Positions 46,892-57,871 are shown, numbered from the stretch's first letter. The stretch is 64,000 nt of DNA from Planctomycetota bacterium (GCA_025055595.1 JANWWU010000083.1:200-64199), one strand, 5' to 3'. Translations and numbers: made by a program. Notes: a model not told the origin generated them from the sequence alone.

Positions 46892-47839
46892 TCAGGAGAG
46901 GCGGCGCAGGGCCTCGGCGAGCTGCGTGAACTCCGCCGGCACCGGCGTCGCGATGCGCAGCGGCTCCCCGCTCGCCGGATCGGGCAGCTCGACGCGCCAG
47001 GCATGCAGCATGTGCCGCGGGGCCTGCACCGGATCGCGGCGGTCGCCGTAGCGCAGGTCGCCGTAGAGCGGGTGCCCGATCTCGGAGAAGTGGATGCGGA
47101 TCTGGTGGTGGCGGCCGGTGGTCGGGCGCACGGCCAGCAGCGAGCCGTAGGGGCCGAGCCGTTCGAGCAGCTCCCAGGAGGTCTCGGCGCAGCGCGCATC
47201 GGGGCCGCGGCCGCTCGCCCAGCGCTCGTAGCCGGGTCCCTTCTCGCGGCAGACGAGGTAGCTGCGGTAGCTGCCCTGCGCGCGCGGGTGGCCGCGAACG
47301 ATCGCGAGGTAGGTCTTGCGCACCTGGTGCGCGCGAAACAGCGCTTCCAGGGCGCGCGCGCTCTGCTCGCTGCGCGCGAACAGGACGATGCCGCTGGTGT
47401 CGGCGTCGAGGCGGTGCACCGGGATCAGCGGCGGCGGCAGGGCCTGGGCGAGGAGGTCGCAGAGGCTCCAGCCCTCGCCGTCGTCGGGCCTGGTCACCGC
47501 CAGGCCCGCCGGCTTGTCGTAGGCGAACAAGTCCGGGGACTGGAAGACGAGCCGCCGCGCTTCGAAGGCGTGCTCGCGCGGCGCGAGTTCGGGGAAGACC
47601 TCGACGATCTCGCCGCGGCGCAGGGTGCGGCTGGCGAAGGTCTCGATCACGCCGTCGACGCGCACCCCGCCGCGCTCGATCAGACGCTTGGCGGCGCGGT
47701 GGCTGATGCCGAGCCGACGGGCGACGAAGGCGGCCAGTCGCTGTCCGACTTCGACGCCGACGACGCGCGCGCCGGGACCGGGACGCCAGTGCGGGGCGCG
47801 GCGCGGCGCGGCGGCGGCGAGCGCGCGCTTGCGGGCCAT
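46892..47839 (-). CDS. RluA-family 23S rRNA pseudouridine synthase with S4 domain (RluC/RluD-like)
   Basis: The ATG at 47839 gives a 315-aa protein with an N-terminal S4 domain. The catalytic motif is HRLDADTSGIVLFAR, followed by TYLAIVRG. Confidence 0.9.
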   Translation of the reverse strand: MARKRALAAAAPRRAPHWRPGPGARVVGVEVGQRLAAFVARRLGISHRAAKRLIERGGVRVDGVIETFASRTLRRGEIVEVFPELAPREHAFEARRLVFQSPDLFAYDKPAGLAVTRPDDGEGWSLCDLLAQALPPPLIPVHRLDADTSGIVLFARSEQSARALEALFRAHQVRKTYLAIVRGHPRAQGSYRSYLVCREKGPGYERWASGRGPDARCAETSWELLERLGPYGSLLAVRPTTGRHHQIRIHFSEIGHPLYGDLRYGDRRDPVQAPRHMLHAWRVELPDPASGEPLRIATPVPAEFTQLAEALRRLS

Positions 47840-47932
47840 GGCCGGGATTAGCGTCAGCGGCGGCTGTGGGCAACTGTCGATGCTTGGCCGGTGCGCGCGT
47901 GCCGGACCCGACGCTCGCAGAAGCTTATTCGA

Positions 47933-48871
47933 ATGCACGCCACGACCTACGACTTCGACCATCAGTGGTTCCAGCTGCCGCCGGGCTTCCCGCTCGGCGA
48001 CTGCCATGCCTTGGTCGTCGACCGCCGCGACCACGTGTTCCTGCTGCAGCAGAACGGCATCGCCGGCAGCTGCGCCGTCCTCGAGTTCGACCGCGAGGGC
48101 CGCTTCGTCCGCGGCTTCGGCCAGCCCTTCACCGCCGGGGCCCACGGGATGTGCCTGGCCGAGCGCGAGGGCCGGGAGACGCTGTGGATCGTCGACTACG
48201 AGCTGCCGGCGATCGCCGAATACACGTTGAGCGGCGAGGAGCTGCGCCGCCTGCCGCTGCCGCGCCATCCCGCCTACGCCGGCAGCACGCGCTTCAAGCC
48301 GACCGATGTCGCGGTCGCGCCCGACGGCAGCGTCTATGTCGCCGACGGCTACGGCGCCTCGCTGATCCACCGTTATGACCCGCAGGGCCGCTATGTCGGC
48401 GCGATCGGCTGGCCGGGCGACGGCCCGGGCCAGTTCAGCTGCCCGCACGGCATCTGCATCGATGCGCGCGGGGGCGAGCCGCGCCTGCTCGTCGCCGACC
48501 GCGCCAACGTCCGCGTGCAGGTGCTGACGCTCGACGGCGAGCACGTGCAGACGATCATCGGCCGCGGCCTGCGCTACCCCTGCACGCTGCGCGTGCACGG
48601 CGACCTGACGCTGATCCCCGACCTCTTCGGCGCGGTGCTGATCTGGGACCGCGACTACCGGCAGCTCGCGACCCTCGGCGCCCACCCCGAGATGCGTCCC
48701 GGCGAGTGGCCGAAGCATGTCGCCGGCTACCCGAATGTCCCGCGCGAGGACCGCCTGCCGGGCCGCTTCATCGCTCCGCACGGCATCGCCCGCGACAGTC
48801 GCGGCTGGATCTTCGTCGGCGAGTGGATCCGCGACGGCGGCCGCTTGACGCGGCTCGTGCCGCGCGCGTGA
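47933..48871 (+). CDS. NHL-repeat (six-bladed beta-propeller) protein
   Basis: The ATG at 47933 gives about 312 aa. It has repeated YVAD/GxG blocks (GSVYVADGYGASLIHRYDPQGRY; GICIDARGGEPRLLVADRANVRVQV; GIARDSRGWIFVGEW). Confidence 0.75.
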   Translation: MHATTYDFDHQWFQLPPGFPLGDCHALVVDRRDHVFLLQQNGIAGSCAVLEFDREGRFVRGFGQPFTAGAHGMCLAEREGRETLWIVDYELPAIAEYTLSGEELRRLPLPRHPAYAGSTRFKPTDVAVAPDGSVYVADGYGASLIHRYDPQGRYVGAIGWPGDGPGQFSCPHGICIDARGGEPRLLVADRANVRVQVLTLDGEHVQTIIGRGLRYPCTLRVHGDLTLIPDLFGAVLIWDRDYRQLATLGAHPEMRPGEWPKHVAGYPNVPREDRLPGRFIAPHGIARDSRGWIFVGEWIRDGGRLTRLVPRA

Positions 48872-48907
48872 TTGCCCGGCGCGGCTGCGGCGCATCATGC
48901 ATCGTCT

Positions 48908-49711
48908 ATGCTGTCCACGATCCGCTCCGTGTGCGTGACCTGCATCCTGCTCGCTGCCCACGCCGGGCCGCTCGCGGCCGGCGACGACGGCACCTGGGAC
49001 TACTGGGTGCGCGTGCAGGCCTCGGCCGCCTACCTGACGCTGGCCGGCGAGACGAGCTACACCGCCCGCGGCGTCCCCGGCACCGCGGTCGAGGTCTCCG
49101 ACCTCGGGCTCGACAGCGGCGCGGTCGCTCCGGGCCTCGAGCTCGGGCTGACCACCCCGCTGCTGTCGTTCCACGGCTTCCTCGCCGGCTCCCAGTGGAC
49201 GCTGGAAGAGACGACGACGCTCGGCAGCGCGGTGCAGTTCGGCGGCCGCTCCTTCGCCGCGAGCACCCAGGTGCGCAGCGAGCTGACGATCAGCGACGCC
49301 TACGCCGAGATCTGCTGGGGGCCGATCGAGCTCGACATCGCCGGCTTCGCGGTCGGCCTCGCCGTGCACCGCCTCGGCCTGCAGGCGACGCTGTCCGGCG
49401 GCGGCCAGAGCGCGTCCTTCGACGAAGTCGCCTATCTGCCGACGCTCGCCCTGCGCGCCTATGTCGCGCCGATCGACATGCTCGAGGCCGAGGCGATGGT
49501 CCACGGCCTGTCGGTGCCGCTGGGCGAGGTCGCGAGCGCGACCTTCGCCAGCGCCCAGGCCCAGCTCTCGTTCTACCCGATCGACTTCATCGGAGCCTTC
49601 GTCGGCTATCGCTACACGCTGGCCGAGGTCGAGTTCGAATACCGCTCGACCGCGATCGACGCCTCCCTGACGCTCTCCGGCCCCTTCGCCGGCATCGCCG
49701 CCCAGTTCTGA
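48908..49711 (+). CDS. Putative outer-membrane beta-barrel protein
   Basis: The ATG at 48908 is followed by a signal peptide (MLSTIRSVCVTCILLAAHAGPLAAG), alternating amphipathic beta-strand-like segments, and a C-terminal aromatic residue (…GIAAQF). Confidence 0.5.
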   Translation: MLSTIRSVCVTCILLAAHAGPLAAGDDGTWDYWVRVQASAAYLTLAGETSYTARGVPGTAVEVSDLGLDSGAVAPGLELGLTTPLLSFHGFLAGSQWTLEETTTLGSAVQFGGRSFAASTQVRSELTISDAYAEICWGPIELDIAGFAVGLAVHRLGLQATLSGGGQSASFDEVAYLPTLALRAYVAPIDMLEAEAMVHGLSVPLGEVASATFASAQAQLSFYPIDFIGAFVGYRYTLAEVEFEYRSTAIDASLTLSGPFAGIAAQF

Positions 49712-49715
49712 GTCC

Positions 49716-51275
<1,560 letters not shown>

Positions 51276-52259
51276 TCACAAGCCGAGCTCGGCGGCCTGC
51301 GCGCGCGCCAGCTCGGGCCCATCGGCCGCCAGCGCCCGCGCCTCGGCGCCGCGGCCCAGGCTGAACAAGGCGACGATCAGGTTGCGGCGGAAGCGCGCCC
51401 AGCCGAGGCGGCGGATGGCGCGGCCGGCGAAGTAGCGCGCGAAATCCGTCTCGCGCAGCGCCAGCAGCGCCGCCTCGTCGTCGCGGCCGACGAGCCGCGC
51501 GTCCTCGGCCGGCGGCGCGAAGCGGTTCCAGGGGCAGACCTCCTGGCAGAGATCGCAGCCGAACCACCAGCCGGCGAAGCGCGCGGCGAGCTCGCGCGGG
51601 ATCACGCCGCGGTGCTCGATCGTCAGGTAGCTGATGCAGCGCTCGCTGAGGCAGCGGCGCCCGAGCAGGGCCCGGGTCGGGCAGCGCTGCTCGCAGCGCG
51701 TGCAGGACCCGCAGCGATCGGCGCCCAGGCCGCCGGGCAGCGGCGGCAGCGGCGCCTCGGTCAGCAGGAAGCCGAGCAGGCGGTACGAGCCGTGGCGCGG
51801 GCTGATCAGCAGGGCATTGCGCCCGATCCAGCCGAGGCCGGCCTGTGCGGCCAGCGTCCGCTCATCGAGCGGCGCGCTGTCGACGCAGGCGCGGTGCCGC
51901 CAGGTTCGGCCGCCAAGCGCATCGAGGCGCCGCCCGACGCGCGCGAGCTTGGCGCGCAGCAGGCGGTGGTAGTCGGCGCCGGCGGCGTAGGCGGCGCGGC
52001 GCAGGCCCGCCGCGGGCTGCGCCGGCGCGTAGTGCAAGGCGACGCACAGCAGGGCGCGCGCGCTCGGCAGCAGGGCCGTCGGCCGCAGGCGCAGCGCACG
52101 CTGCGCCAGCAGCCAGCGCATGTCGCCGACGCCATCGGCGGCCAGCAGGTCGTGGCGCTCGGGCGACAGCTGCTCCGGCACCGGCGCGAGGGTCGCGAGG
52201 TGGTACAGACCCTCGGCGCGGCACAGCGCCGACAGCGTCTCGCGATCGATGGCGGTCAC
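51276..52259 (-). CDS. queG: tRNA epoxyqueuosine(34) reductase
   Basis: The 327-aa protein uses a GTG start. It has two 4Fe-4S boxes (CGSCTRCEQRCP and CDLCQEVCPWN) and a QueG-like core. Confidence 0.88.
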   Translation of the reverse strand: MTAIDRETLSALCRAEGLYHLATLAPVPEQLSPERHDLLAADGVGDMRWLLAQRALRLRPTALLPSARALLCVALHYAPAQPAAGLRRAAYAAGADYHRLLRAKLARVGRRLDALGGRTWRHRACVDSAPLDERTLAAQAGLGWIGRNALLISPRHGSYRLLGFLLTEAPLPPLPGGLGADRCGSCTRCEQRCPTRALLGRRCLSERCISYLTIEHRGVIPRELAARFAGWWFGCDLCQEVCPWNRFAPPAEDARLVGRDDEAALLALRETDFARYFAGRAIRRLGWARFRRNLIVALFSLGRGAEARALAADGPELARAQAAELGL

Positions 52260-52306
52260 AGCGGCATCTTGCGTCCCGCCTCTCCCGCCTCTAGGGTCAT
52301 GGCGCC

Positions 52307-53263
52307 ATGCCCGTGCACCCGCTCGCCGTCGTCGACCCCGCCGCCGAGATCCACCCCGACGCCGTCGTCGGTCCCTTCTGCATGATCCGCGGCGCAGTGC
52401 GTCTGGCCGCCGGCGTCGAGCTCGTGTCGCATGTCGTCGTCAGCGGCCGCACCAGCATCGGACCGGGCACCCGCGTCCATCCCGGCGCGATCGTCGGCGG
52501 CGAGCCGCAGGACCTCAAGTACGCCGGCGAGGACACGGCGACGGTGATCGGCGCGCGCTGCCGCATCCACGAGTTCGCCACCATCCATCGCGGCACGCTC
52601 ACCGGCGGCGGCATCACCCGCCTCGGCGACGACGTCCTCGTCATGGCCTATGCGCACATCGCCCACGACTGCGAGGTCGGCGACGGGGTGGTGATCGCCA
52701 ACAGCGCGCAGCTCGGCGGCCACTGCCGGATCGGCCGGCGCGCGGTGATCGGCGGGATGGTCGGCATGCACCACTTCGTCACCGTCGGCGAGCTGGCGAT
52801 GGTCGGAGCGATGAGCGGGGTGCGCGTCGATGTCCCGCCATATGTCCTCGCCGACGGCATCCCCTGCGAGCCGCGCCAGATCAACGTCATCGGCCTGCGC
52901 CGCGCCGGCATGACGGAAAGCGATATCAACGACCTGCGCGAGGCCTTCCGCGACCTCTACCACGACCGCGGCGCGACGACCCTGCGCGATGCGATCGCCG
53001 ATGTCCGCGAGCGCTACACCGACAAGCGCGACAGCCCGGTTTGGCGGCTCTGCGATTGGCTCGAGGAGCATCTGACGACGGCGATCAAGGGCCGCCTCGC
53101 CGAGGCGCACCGCGCGGCGGTGGTCGGCGGTCGCGCGCACGAGGGACCGACCCGGCCGATCCTCTGCCGGCACTGCGGCCGCGAGTTCCCCGCCCCGCTC
53201 GCCGCCTCGCCGCTCCTCGTCGCCTGCACGCACTGCGGCACGCAGCAGATGGTGTCGCCCTGA
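52307..53263 (+). CDS. lpxA: Acyl-ACP--UDP-GlcNAc O-acyltransferase LpxA with C-terminal CxxC...CxxC extension
   Basis: The 318-aa protein has left-handed beta-helix hexapeptide repeats and the LpxA catalytic His region ([14 protein letters not shown]). The extension of about 55 aa contains CRHCGREFP...CTHCGTQQ. Confidence 0.9.
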   Translation: MPVHPLAVVDPAAEIHPDAVVGPFCMIRGAVRLAAGVELVSHVVVSGRTSIGPGTRVHPGAIVGGEPQDLKYAGEDTATVIGARCRIHEFATIHRGTLTGGGITRLGDDVLVMAYAHIAHDCEVGDGVVIANSAQLGGHCRIGRRAVIGGMVGMHHFVTVGELAMVGAMSGVRVDVPPYVLADGIPCEPRQINVIGLRRAGMTESDINDLREAFRDLYHDRGATTLRDAIADVRERYTDKRDSPVWRLCDWLEEHLTTAIKGRLAEAHRAAVVGGRAHEGPTRPILCRHCGREFPAPLAASPLLVACTHCGTQQMVSP

Positions 53264-53320
53264 GCGGCGCCGCGCTTGCCGCGCATCTCCCCGGCATAAG
53301 ATGGCACGAACGGTGATGCT

Positions 53321-53479
53321 ATGAGCATGCATGGGTCGTTCGCCAGCAAGGGCGGCATCGCGATGAAGCGCAGCGTCTTCACGCGCCAGGAGCGCATCGC
53401 TCGCCTGCAGAGCAAGGGGCAGTGGGAGCGCGGCAAGCACTCGATCTTCCATCTGCCGAAAGTCCGTACCGACATCTGA
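53321..53479 (+). CDS. Small basic hypothetical protein (52 aa)
   Basis: I translated this by hand: MSMHGSFASKGGIAMKRSVFTRQERIARLQSKGQWERGKHSIFHLPKVRTDI. It has a weak RBS and is not in the ORF track (under 60 aa). Confidence 0.25.
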   Translation: MSMHGSFASKGGIAMKRSVFTRQERIARLQSKGQWERGKHSIFHLPKVRTDI

Positions 53480-53489
53480 GGAGCTGCCG

Positions 53490-53663
53490 ATGCGCCGCCT
53501 CGCCGTCGTCCTCCCGCTCCTGCCCGTCCTGCTGCTCGCCGCCGCCGCCTACAGCTGCGGCAGCAACCGCGCCCAGGGCAGCTGCCCGCGCCAGGCCCAT
53601 CAGCAGGCCGCTGGCGAAGCGCAGCGCGCCCACGAGCGCAATCTGCCGCCGCCGGGTCGCTGA
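53490..53663 (+). CDS. Small secreted peptide (57 aa)
   Basis: A strong GAGGAG RBS lies 6 nt upstream. The sequence is MRRLAVVLPLLPVLLLAAAAYSCGSNRAQGSCPRQAHQQAAGEAQRAHERNLPPPGR, a signal peptide followed by two Cys. Confidence 0.35.
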   Translation: MRRLAVVLPLLPVLLLAAAAYSCGSNRAQGSCPRQAHQQAAGEAQRAHERNLPPPGR

Positions 53664-53664
53664 G

Positions 53665-53964
53665 ATGGACGCGCTCCTCCGTTACATCGCGCTGACGGAG
53701 GAGATCCGCCGCCTCGAAGCGGAACGCGAGGCCTTGCGCGCGCACGCCGTGCGCCAGCTCAAGCAGGCCGGAGGCCGCCTCGACGACGGGCAGATCCGGG
53801 CGGTCTATGTCAGCAAGCCGGTCTATCGCTTCACGCCCGTGGTCGAGGAGATCCGCCTGCAGCTCGCCAAGCGCCAGCGGCGCGAGATCGAGCGCGGCCT
53901 CGCCGAGCGCTGCCACGACACCGAGGTCGTGCACATCGAGCGCGCGGGCGAGACGGGGCGCTGA
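53665..53964 (+). CDS. Hypothetical protein (99 aa, coiled-coil-like)
   Basis: It begins MDALLRYIALTEEIRRLEAEREALRAHAVRQLKQAGG... and is in frame within ORF 53422..53964. Confidence 0.4.
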   Translation: MDALLRYIALTEEIRRLEAEREALRAHAVRQLKQAGGRLDDGQIRAVYVSKPVYRFTPVVEEIRLQLAKRQRREIERGLAERCHDTEVVHIERAGETGR

Positions 53965-54004
53965 TCGCTGCTGGCGCCGGCGCGCCGGCTCCCACGCTGC
54001 GCGC

Positions 54005-54499
54005 ATGCAGATCGCCAAGGACACCGTCGCCCGCATCCATTACCGCGTCAGCTCGCTCGACGGGCAGTGCATCGACGAGAGCGCTCCCGGCCGGCCGCTG
54101 TCGTTCCTCTGCGGAGCGGGGCAGATCATCGTCGGCCTGGAGGAGGCCCTGGTCGGCAAGCAGGCCGGCGACCGGGTGGAGGTCGAGGTGCCGCCCGAGC
54201 GCGCCTACGGGCTGCGCGATCCCGACCTCGACCTGGCGGTGCCGATCCAGGCCTTCCCGCCGGAGCTGCGCGGCCGCCTGCGCGCCGGGATGCAGTTCTC
54301 CGCGCCGCATCCGCGTCGCCAGCAGGAGATGGTCGTGTTCACCATCCACGGCCGGCGCGGCGACGAGATCCTGATCAGCGGCAATCATCCGCTGGTCGGC
54401 ATGGCGCTGCGTTTCGAGGTCACGGTCGAGAGCGTGCGCGCGGCGACCGCCGAGGAGCTGGCGCACGGCCATCCGCACGACGAGGACTGCGCTCACTGA
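54005..54499 (+). CDS. slyD: FKBP-type peptidyl-prolyl cis-trans isomerase SlyD with His-rich metal-binding tail
   Basis: The ATG at 54005 gives a 164-aa product beginning MQIAKDTVARIHYRVSSLDGQCIDES.. with an FKBP domain and IF domain. The C-terminus is HGHPHDEDCAH. Confidence 0.9.
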   Translation: MQIAKDTVARIHYRVSSLDGQCIDESAPGRPLSFLCGAGQIIVGLEEALVGKQAGDRVEVEVPPERAYGLRDPDLDLAVPIQAFPPELRGRLRAGMQFSAPHPRRQQEMVVFTIHGRRGDEILISGNHPLVGMALRFEVTVESVRAATAEELAHGHPHDEDCAH

Positions 54500-54780
54500 G
54501 GCCGCTGCAGGCGCGCGGCGAGCGTCCGCTCGATCAGCGCCGCGATGCCGAGGCTGCCGGCGCTGTGCTCGGCCAGGCCCTGGACGAACAGCGCCCGCCA
54601 CTGGTCGCCGGCGCCGTCGCCGCCGAACAGCTCCTCCTCCTCGTCGGCGCGCTCGGCCAGCGGCTGCAGCAAGCGCTGCAAGAATTGCGCCTCGAAGGCG
54701 CGCGCCGCCTGCCGCAGCCGCTGCTGACGATCGCCCTGCAGCGCGAGGCGTCCGGCATCGCTGATCGCGAGGTCCGGCAT
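54493..54780 (-). CDS. flgJ: Rod-binding protein (FlgJ N-terminal-domain-like, no muramidase domain)
   Basis: The 95-aa protein has AARAFEAQFLQRLLQPL...DQWRALFVQGLAEHSAGSLGIAA, matching the Rod_binding pattern. It lies immediately downstream of flgI. Confidence 0.7.
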   Translation of the reverse strand: MPDLAISDAGRLALQGDRQQRLRQAARAFEAQFLQRLLQPLAERADEEEELFGGDGAGDQWRALFVQGLAEHSAGSLGIAALIERTLAARLQRPQ

Positions 54781-54781
54781 C

Positions 54782-55912
54782 TCACATCACCTCGAGGTCG
54801 GCGTGCAGGGCGCCGGCGCGGTGGATCGCCTCGAAGATCGCGACGAGGTCGCGCGGCCGCGCGCCGATCGCATTGAGCGCGTTGGCGATCTGCTCGACGG
54901 TGACGCCCTCGACGAGGTTGAGCGTCCCCGGCACCGCCGTCGGCTTGACGCCGGGCGGCGGCTGGTCGCTGCGCAGGCGGGTGACCGGATCGGTCCAGTC
55001 TTGACCCTGCGGCTTGCCGCTGGCGTCGTTCGGCTTGAGCGTCGGCTGGATGCGCAGCGACAGGCCGCCGTGGCTGACCGCGACCGGGCCGATCGTCACC
55101 TGGGCGCCGACGACGACGGTGCCGGTCCGCGCGTTGATCACTACCCGCGCCCGCGTGTCGGGCTGCACGCGCAGCTCCTCGAGGCGCGCGATCGCCTCGA
55201 CGATGTCCTGCGAGCTCGGCGGCGCGAGGAAGCGCAGGACGATCGAGCGCGCGTCCTCGGCGACCACGCGCTCGCGGCCGAAGGCCTCGGCGAGCGCCTC
55301 GCTGACCCGCGCCGCGGTCGTGAAGTCGGGCTGGCGCAGGACGAGGCGCAGGCGGTCGCCGCGGACCAGGCTGGCCGGCACCTCGCGCTCGACGATCGCC
55401 TCGATGATCGCGACGGTTTCGATGTTGCGGTGATCGGTGCCGACCGGGCCGGCGTTGACCGGGGTCGCGGGGCCGTAGCCGCCGACCGATACCGGCCCCT
55501 GGGCGACGGCGTAGATCTTGCCGTCCCAGGCATCGAGCGGGGTCTGCAGCAGGATGCCGCCGCGCAGGCTGCTGGCGTCGCCGATCGCCGAGACCTGGGC
55601 GTGCACGCGCGTCCCCGGCTTGGCGAAGGCCGGGATGTCGGCGGTCAGCGCGACCAGCGCGACATTGCGCGAGTCGAGGTCGCTCTCGGCCAGCGCCTGG
55701 TGCTTGCGCGCCAGCACCTGGCGCAGCAGGCGGCGCGTCGCCGGGCTCTTGTCGCCGGTGCCGCTGAGGCCGACGACGATGCCGACGCCGTTGAGCTGGT
55801 TGTCGCGCACACCGTCGATCGTGCAGAGATCCTTGAGCCGCACGCTGCCGTCGGCCTCGCCGGACAGCAGCGCCGCGCCGCCGCAGAGCAGGAAGGCGAG
55901 CAGGGCGCGCAT
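54782..55912 (-). CDS. flgI: Flagellar P-ring protein
   Basis: The ATG at 55912 gives 376 aa with a signal peptide. The block VRLKDLCTIDGVRDNQLNGVGIVVGLSGTGD is the FlgI signature. Confidence 0.95.
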   Translation of the reverse strand: MRALLAFLLCGGAALLSGEADGSVRLKDLCTIDGVRDNQLNGVGIVVGLSGTGDKSPATRRLLRQVLARKHQALAESDLDSRNVALVALTADIPAFAKPGTRVHAQVSAIGDASSLRGGILLQTPLDAWDGKIYAVAQGPVSVGGYGPATPVNAGPVGTDHRNIETVAIIEAIVEREVPASLVRGDRLRLVLRQPDFTTAARVSEALAEAFGRERVVAEDARSIVLRFLAPPSSQDIVEAIARLEELRVQPDTRARVVINARTGTVVVGAQVTIGPVAVSHGGLSLRIQPTLKPNDASGKPQGQDWTDPVTRLRSDQPPPGVKPTAVPGTLNLVEGVTVEQIANALNAIGARPRDLVAIFEAIHRAGALHADLEVM

Positions 55913-55914
55913 GG

Positions 55915-56520
55915 CTAGAACGGCCAGAGCCAGTCGAGGGCGCGGCCGAGCCAGCCGCGCTCCTGGGAGCGGGTCAGCGGTCCTTCGCCGACGATCGACA
56001 CCTGCAGGTCGAAGAGCTTCTCCGAGAGCACGGTGTTGTCGCTGCGGATATCGCTCGGGCGGACGATGCCGGCGATCTGGATCGTCTTGCGGTCGTCGTT
56101 GACGACGACCTCGCGCGCGCCGCGGACGACCAGGGACCCGTTGTCGAGGACGTCGACGACCTGCACCGCGATCGTCGTCCGCACGCGGTGCGAGAGGTCG
56201 TACTTGCCCTCGCCTTCGAAGGAGTTGCGCGAGTTCGCGCTGAGCCCGGGCAGGGCGCCGATGCCGGCGCCGCTGGCCGCCGGCGGGGCGTTGGTGCCGG
56301 TCAGGTAGTCGACGCCGGCGCGCATCGTGCTCGAGCGCTCGGCGCCGGTCTTCTGGTTCTCGCTGACCGAGGTCGTCTCGCTGATCACGACCGTCAGCAG
56401 GTCGCCGCGGCGGCGCGCCGTCGCATCGGCGTAGAGATTGCCGTCGGCCAGGGTCTCGGCCCGCCACAGGCTCTCGGCGGCGAGGACGGCGCAGCAGGCG
56501 AGGAGGAGGAAGGCGCGCAT
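55915..56520 (-). CDS. flgH: Flagellar L-ring lipoprotein
   Basis: The ATG at 56520 gives 201 aa with a lipoprotein signal (LLLACCAVLAA). FlgH blocks are GDLLTVVISETTS and VVRGAREVVVNDDRKTIQIAGIVRPSDI. Confidence 0.92.
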   Translation of the reverse strand: MRAFLLLACCAVLAAESLWRAETLADGNLYADATARRRGDLLTVVISETTSVSENQKTGAERSSTMRAGVDYLTGTNAPPAASGAGIGALPGLSANSRNSFEGEGKYDLSHRVRTTIAVQVVDVLDNGSLVVRGAREVVVNDDRKTIQIAGIVRPSDIRSDNTVLSEKLFDLQVSIVGEGPLTRSQERGWLGRALDWLWPF

Positions 56521-56558
56521 GGCGATCTCGCTGATGACGGTTGACGCAAGCGGCATGC

Positions 56559-57197
56559 CTAGGGCTTCGGCGGATGGACGACGGTCCAGGCCAGGCGATC
56601 GGCGGCGTAGCGGCAGAAATCGCGCGGCGTGCTCAGCACCGAGCGCCAGCCGTTGATCGGCGCCCCGCGCTCGCCCTCGCTCGCCGACCACCAGGCGCGG
56701 ATGTCGGCCTGCACATCTTCGCGCCGGCCCTCGAGCTGGGCCTGCGCGCTCCACAGCACCGCCCCGTCGTGGCAGGACACCAGATGCAGGGCGGCGCCGA
56801 GGCTGACCGGCGGGAAGCTGTCGAAATGCTCGACGCGGCCGATGACGACGGCATCGCAGCCCGTCGCGTCGCGCACCGCAAGCAGGACATCGATCGGCAC
56901 GCTGCCCTGGCCGAGGTCGGGCACCGGCAGGGCGGTGCTGGGCGGCACGCGGATCACCTCGTGGCGGCCGAGCGCGCGCAGGCTGGCGGCGAAGGCCGGC
57001 GAGAGCTCGGCGGCGCCCTTGCCGACGCCCTCGGCGAGCGCGAAGGGCAGGACGACGACGCGCAGCGGCTCCCCGGCCGCGGGATCGGCGTGCCAGGTGA
57101 CCGACGGCGGCGGCTCGCCGAGGCTGCGCCATGGCAGCCAGCTGCAGCCGGCCAAGAGCAGGGCGCCGAGCGCCAGGACGGCGCGGCGCGCGTTCAT
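56559..57197 (-). CDS. Lipoprotein with LpoB/CsgG/FlgO-P-like features
   Basis: The ATG at 57197 gives 212 aa with the lipobox LLAGC. The core LRVVVLPFALAEGVGKG...VIRVP...GCDAVVIGRVEHF resembles the VAVLPF-type TolB-N-like fold lipoproteins. It lies 38 nt upstream of flgH. Confidence 0.65.
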   Translation of the reverse strand: MNARRAVLALGALLLAGCSWLPWRSLGEPPPSVTWHADPAAGEPLRVVVLPFALAEGVGKGAAELSPAFAASLRALGRHEVIRVPPSTALPVPDLGQGSVPIDVLLAVRDATGCDAVVIGRVEHFDSFPPVSLGAALHLVSCHDGAVLWSAQAQLEGRREDVQADIRAWWSASEGERGAPINGWRSVLSTPRDFCRYAADRLAWTVVHPPKP

Positions 57198-57871
57198 CGC
57201 TTGCCCTCGGGGCGCGCCGGGGCCGCCGGTGGCTCGAGCCGGCGCGCCGCCTCGCGCGCCTCTTCCTGGAGCTCGAGCAGGCGCGTCGTCTGCCCGGGGC
57301 TCAGCCGCAGCACCGCCGCCGCCAGACGGAAATGCTCGCGCTCGGCGCGCAGGCGGGCGAGCTCGCTGGCCGCCAGCTGCTGCATCAGGTCCTCGGCCCT
57401 GGCCTGGGCCTCGGCCAGCGCCTGCTGCGCGGTCGTCAGCGCCTCGCGGGTGTAGGAGAGATCGCCGACCTGCTCGCGCAGCTCCGTGCCCTGGGCCTGC
57501 GCGCGCTCGAGCTCCGCCCTGAGCTCGGCGATGCGCCGATCGCGCGCGGCCAGCGCCGCCTCGGCCTCGGCCAGGCGCTGCTCGAGCTGGCGCAGCTGCT
57601 CGAGCGGGGTGGAGCCGGGCGCGCTGCGCCCGATGACGCGCAGCAGGCTGCCGGCGCGGTAGGCGCCGCGGCCGTGCGCACGCTGCGCGCGCTCGAGCTC
57701 GGCGATGCGCTGCTCGAGCTGCGCGAGGTGCCGCTCGATCGTCTCCGCCGCCGCCCGCCGCTCGGCCGCCGCCTCGTCCTCGCCGTAGACCCAGCGATCG
57801 GGAACGGCGGCAGCGCGGCTCGTCGCGCAGCCGCACAGCAGCACGCAGGCGGCGAGCCCGGCCCACCTCAT
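57194..57871 (-). CDS. Coiled-coil lipoprotein (225 aa), paralog of the upstream gene
   Basis: The ATG at 57871 overlaps the upstream gene's stop. It has the lipobox LLCGC and a long Ala/Glu/Arg/Gln/Leu heptad-rich region. The C-terminal motif QQLAASELARLRAEREHFRLAAAVLRL is shared with the 447-aa protein. Confidence 0.65.
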   Translation of the reverse strand: MRWAGLAACVLLCGCATSRAAAVPDRWVYGEDEAAAERRAAAETIERHLAQLEQRIAELERAQRAHGRGAYRAGSLLRVIGRSAPGSTPLEQLRQLEQRLAEAEAALAARDRRIAELRAELERAQAQGTELREQVGDLSYTREALTTAQQALAEAQARAEDLMQQLAASELARLRAEREHFRLAAAVLRLSPGQTTRLLELQEEAREAARRLEPPAAPARPEGKR

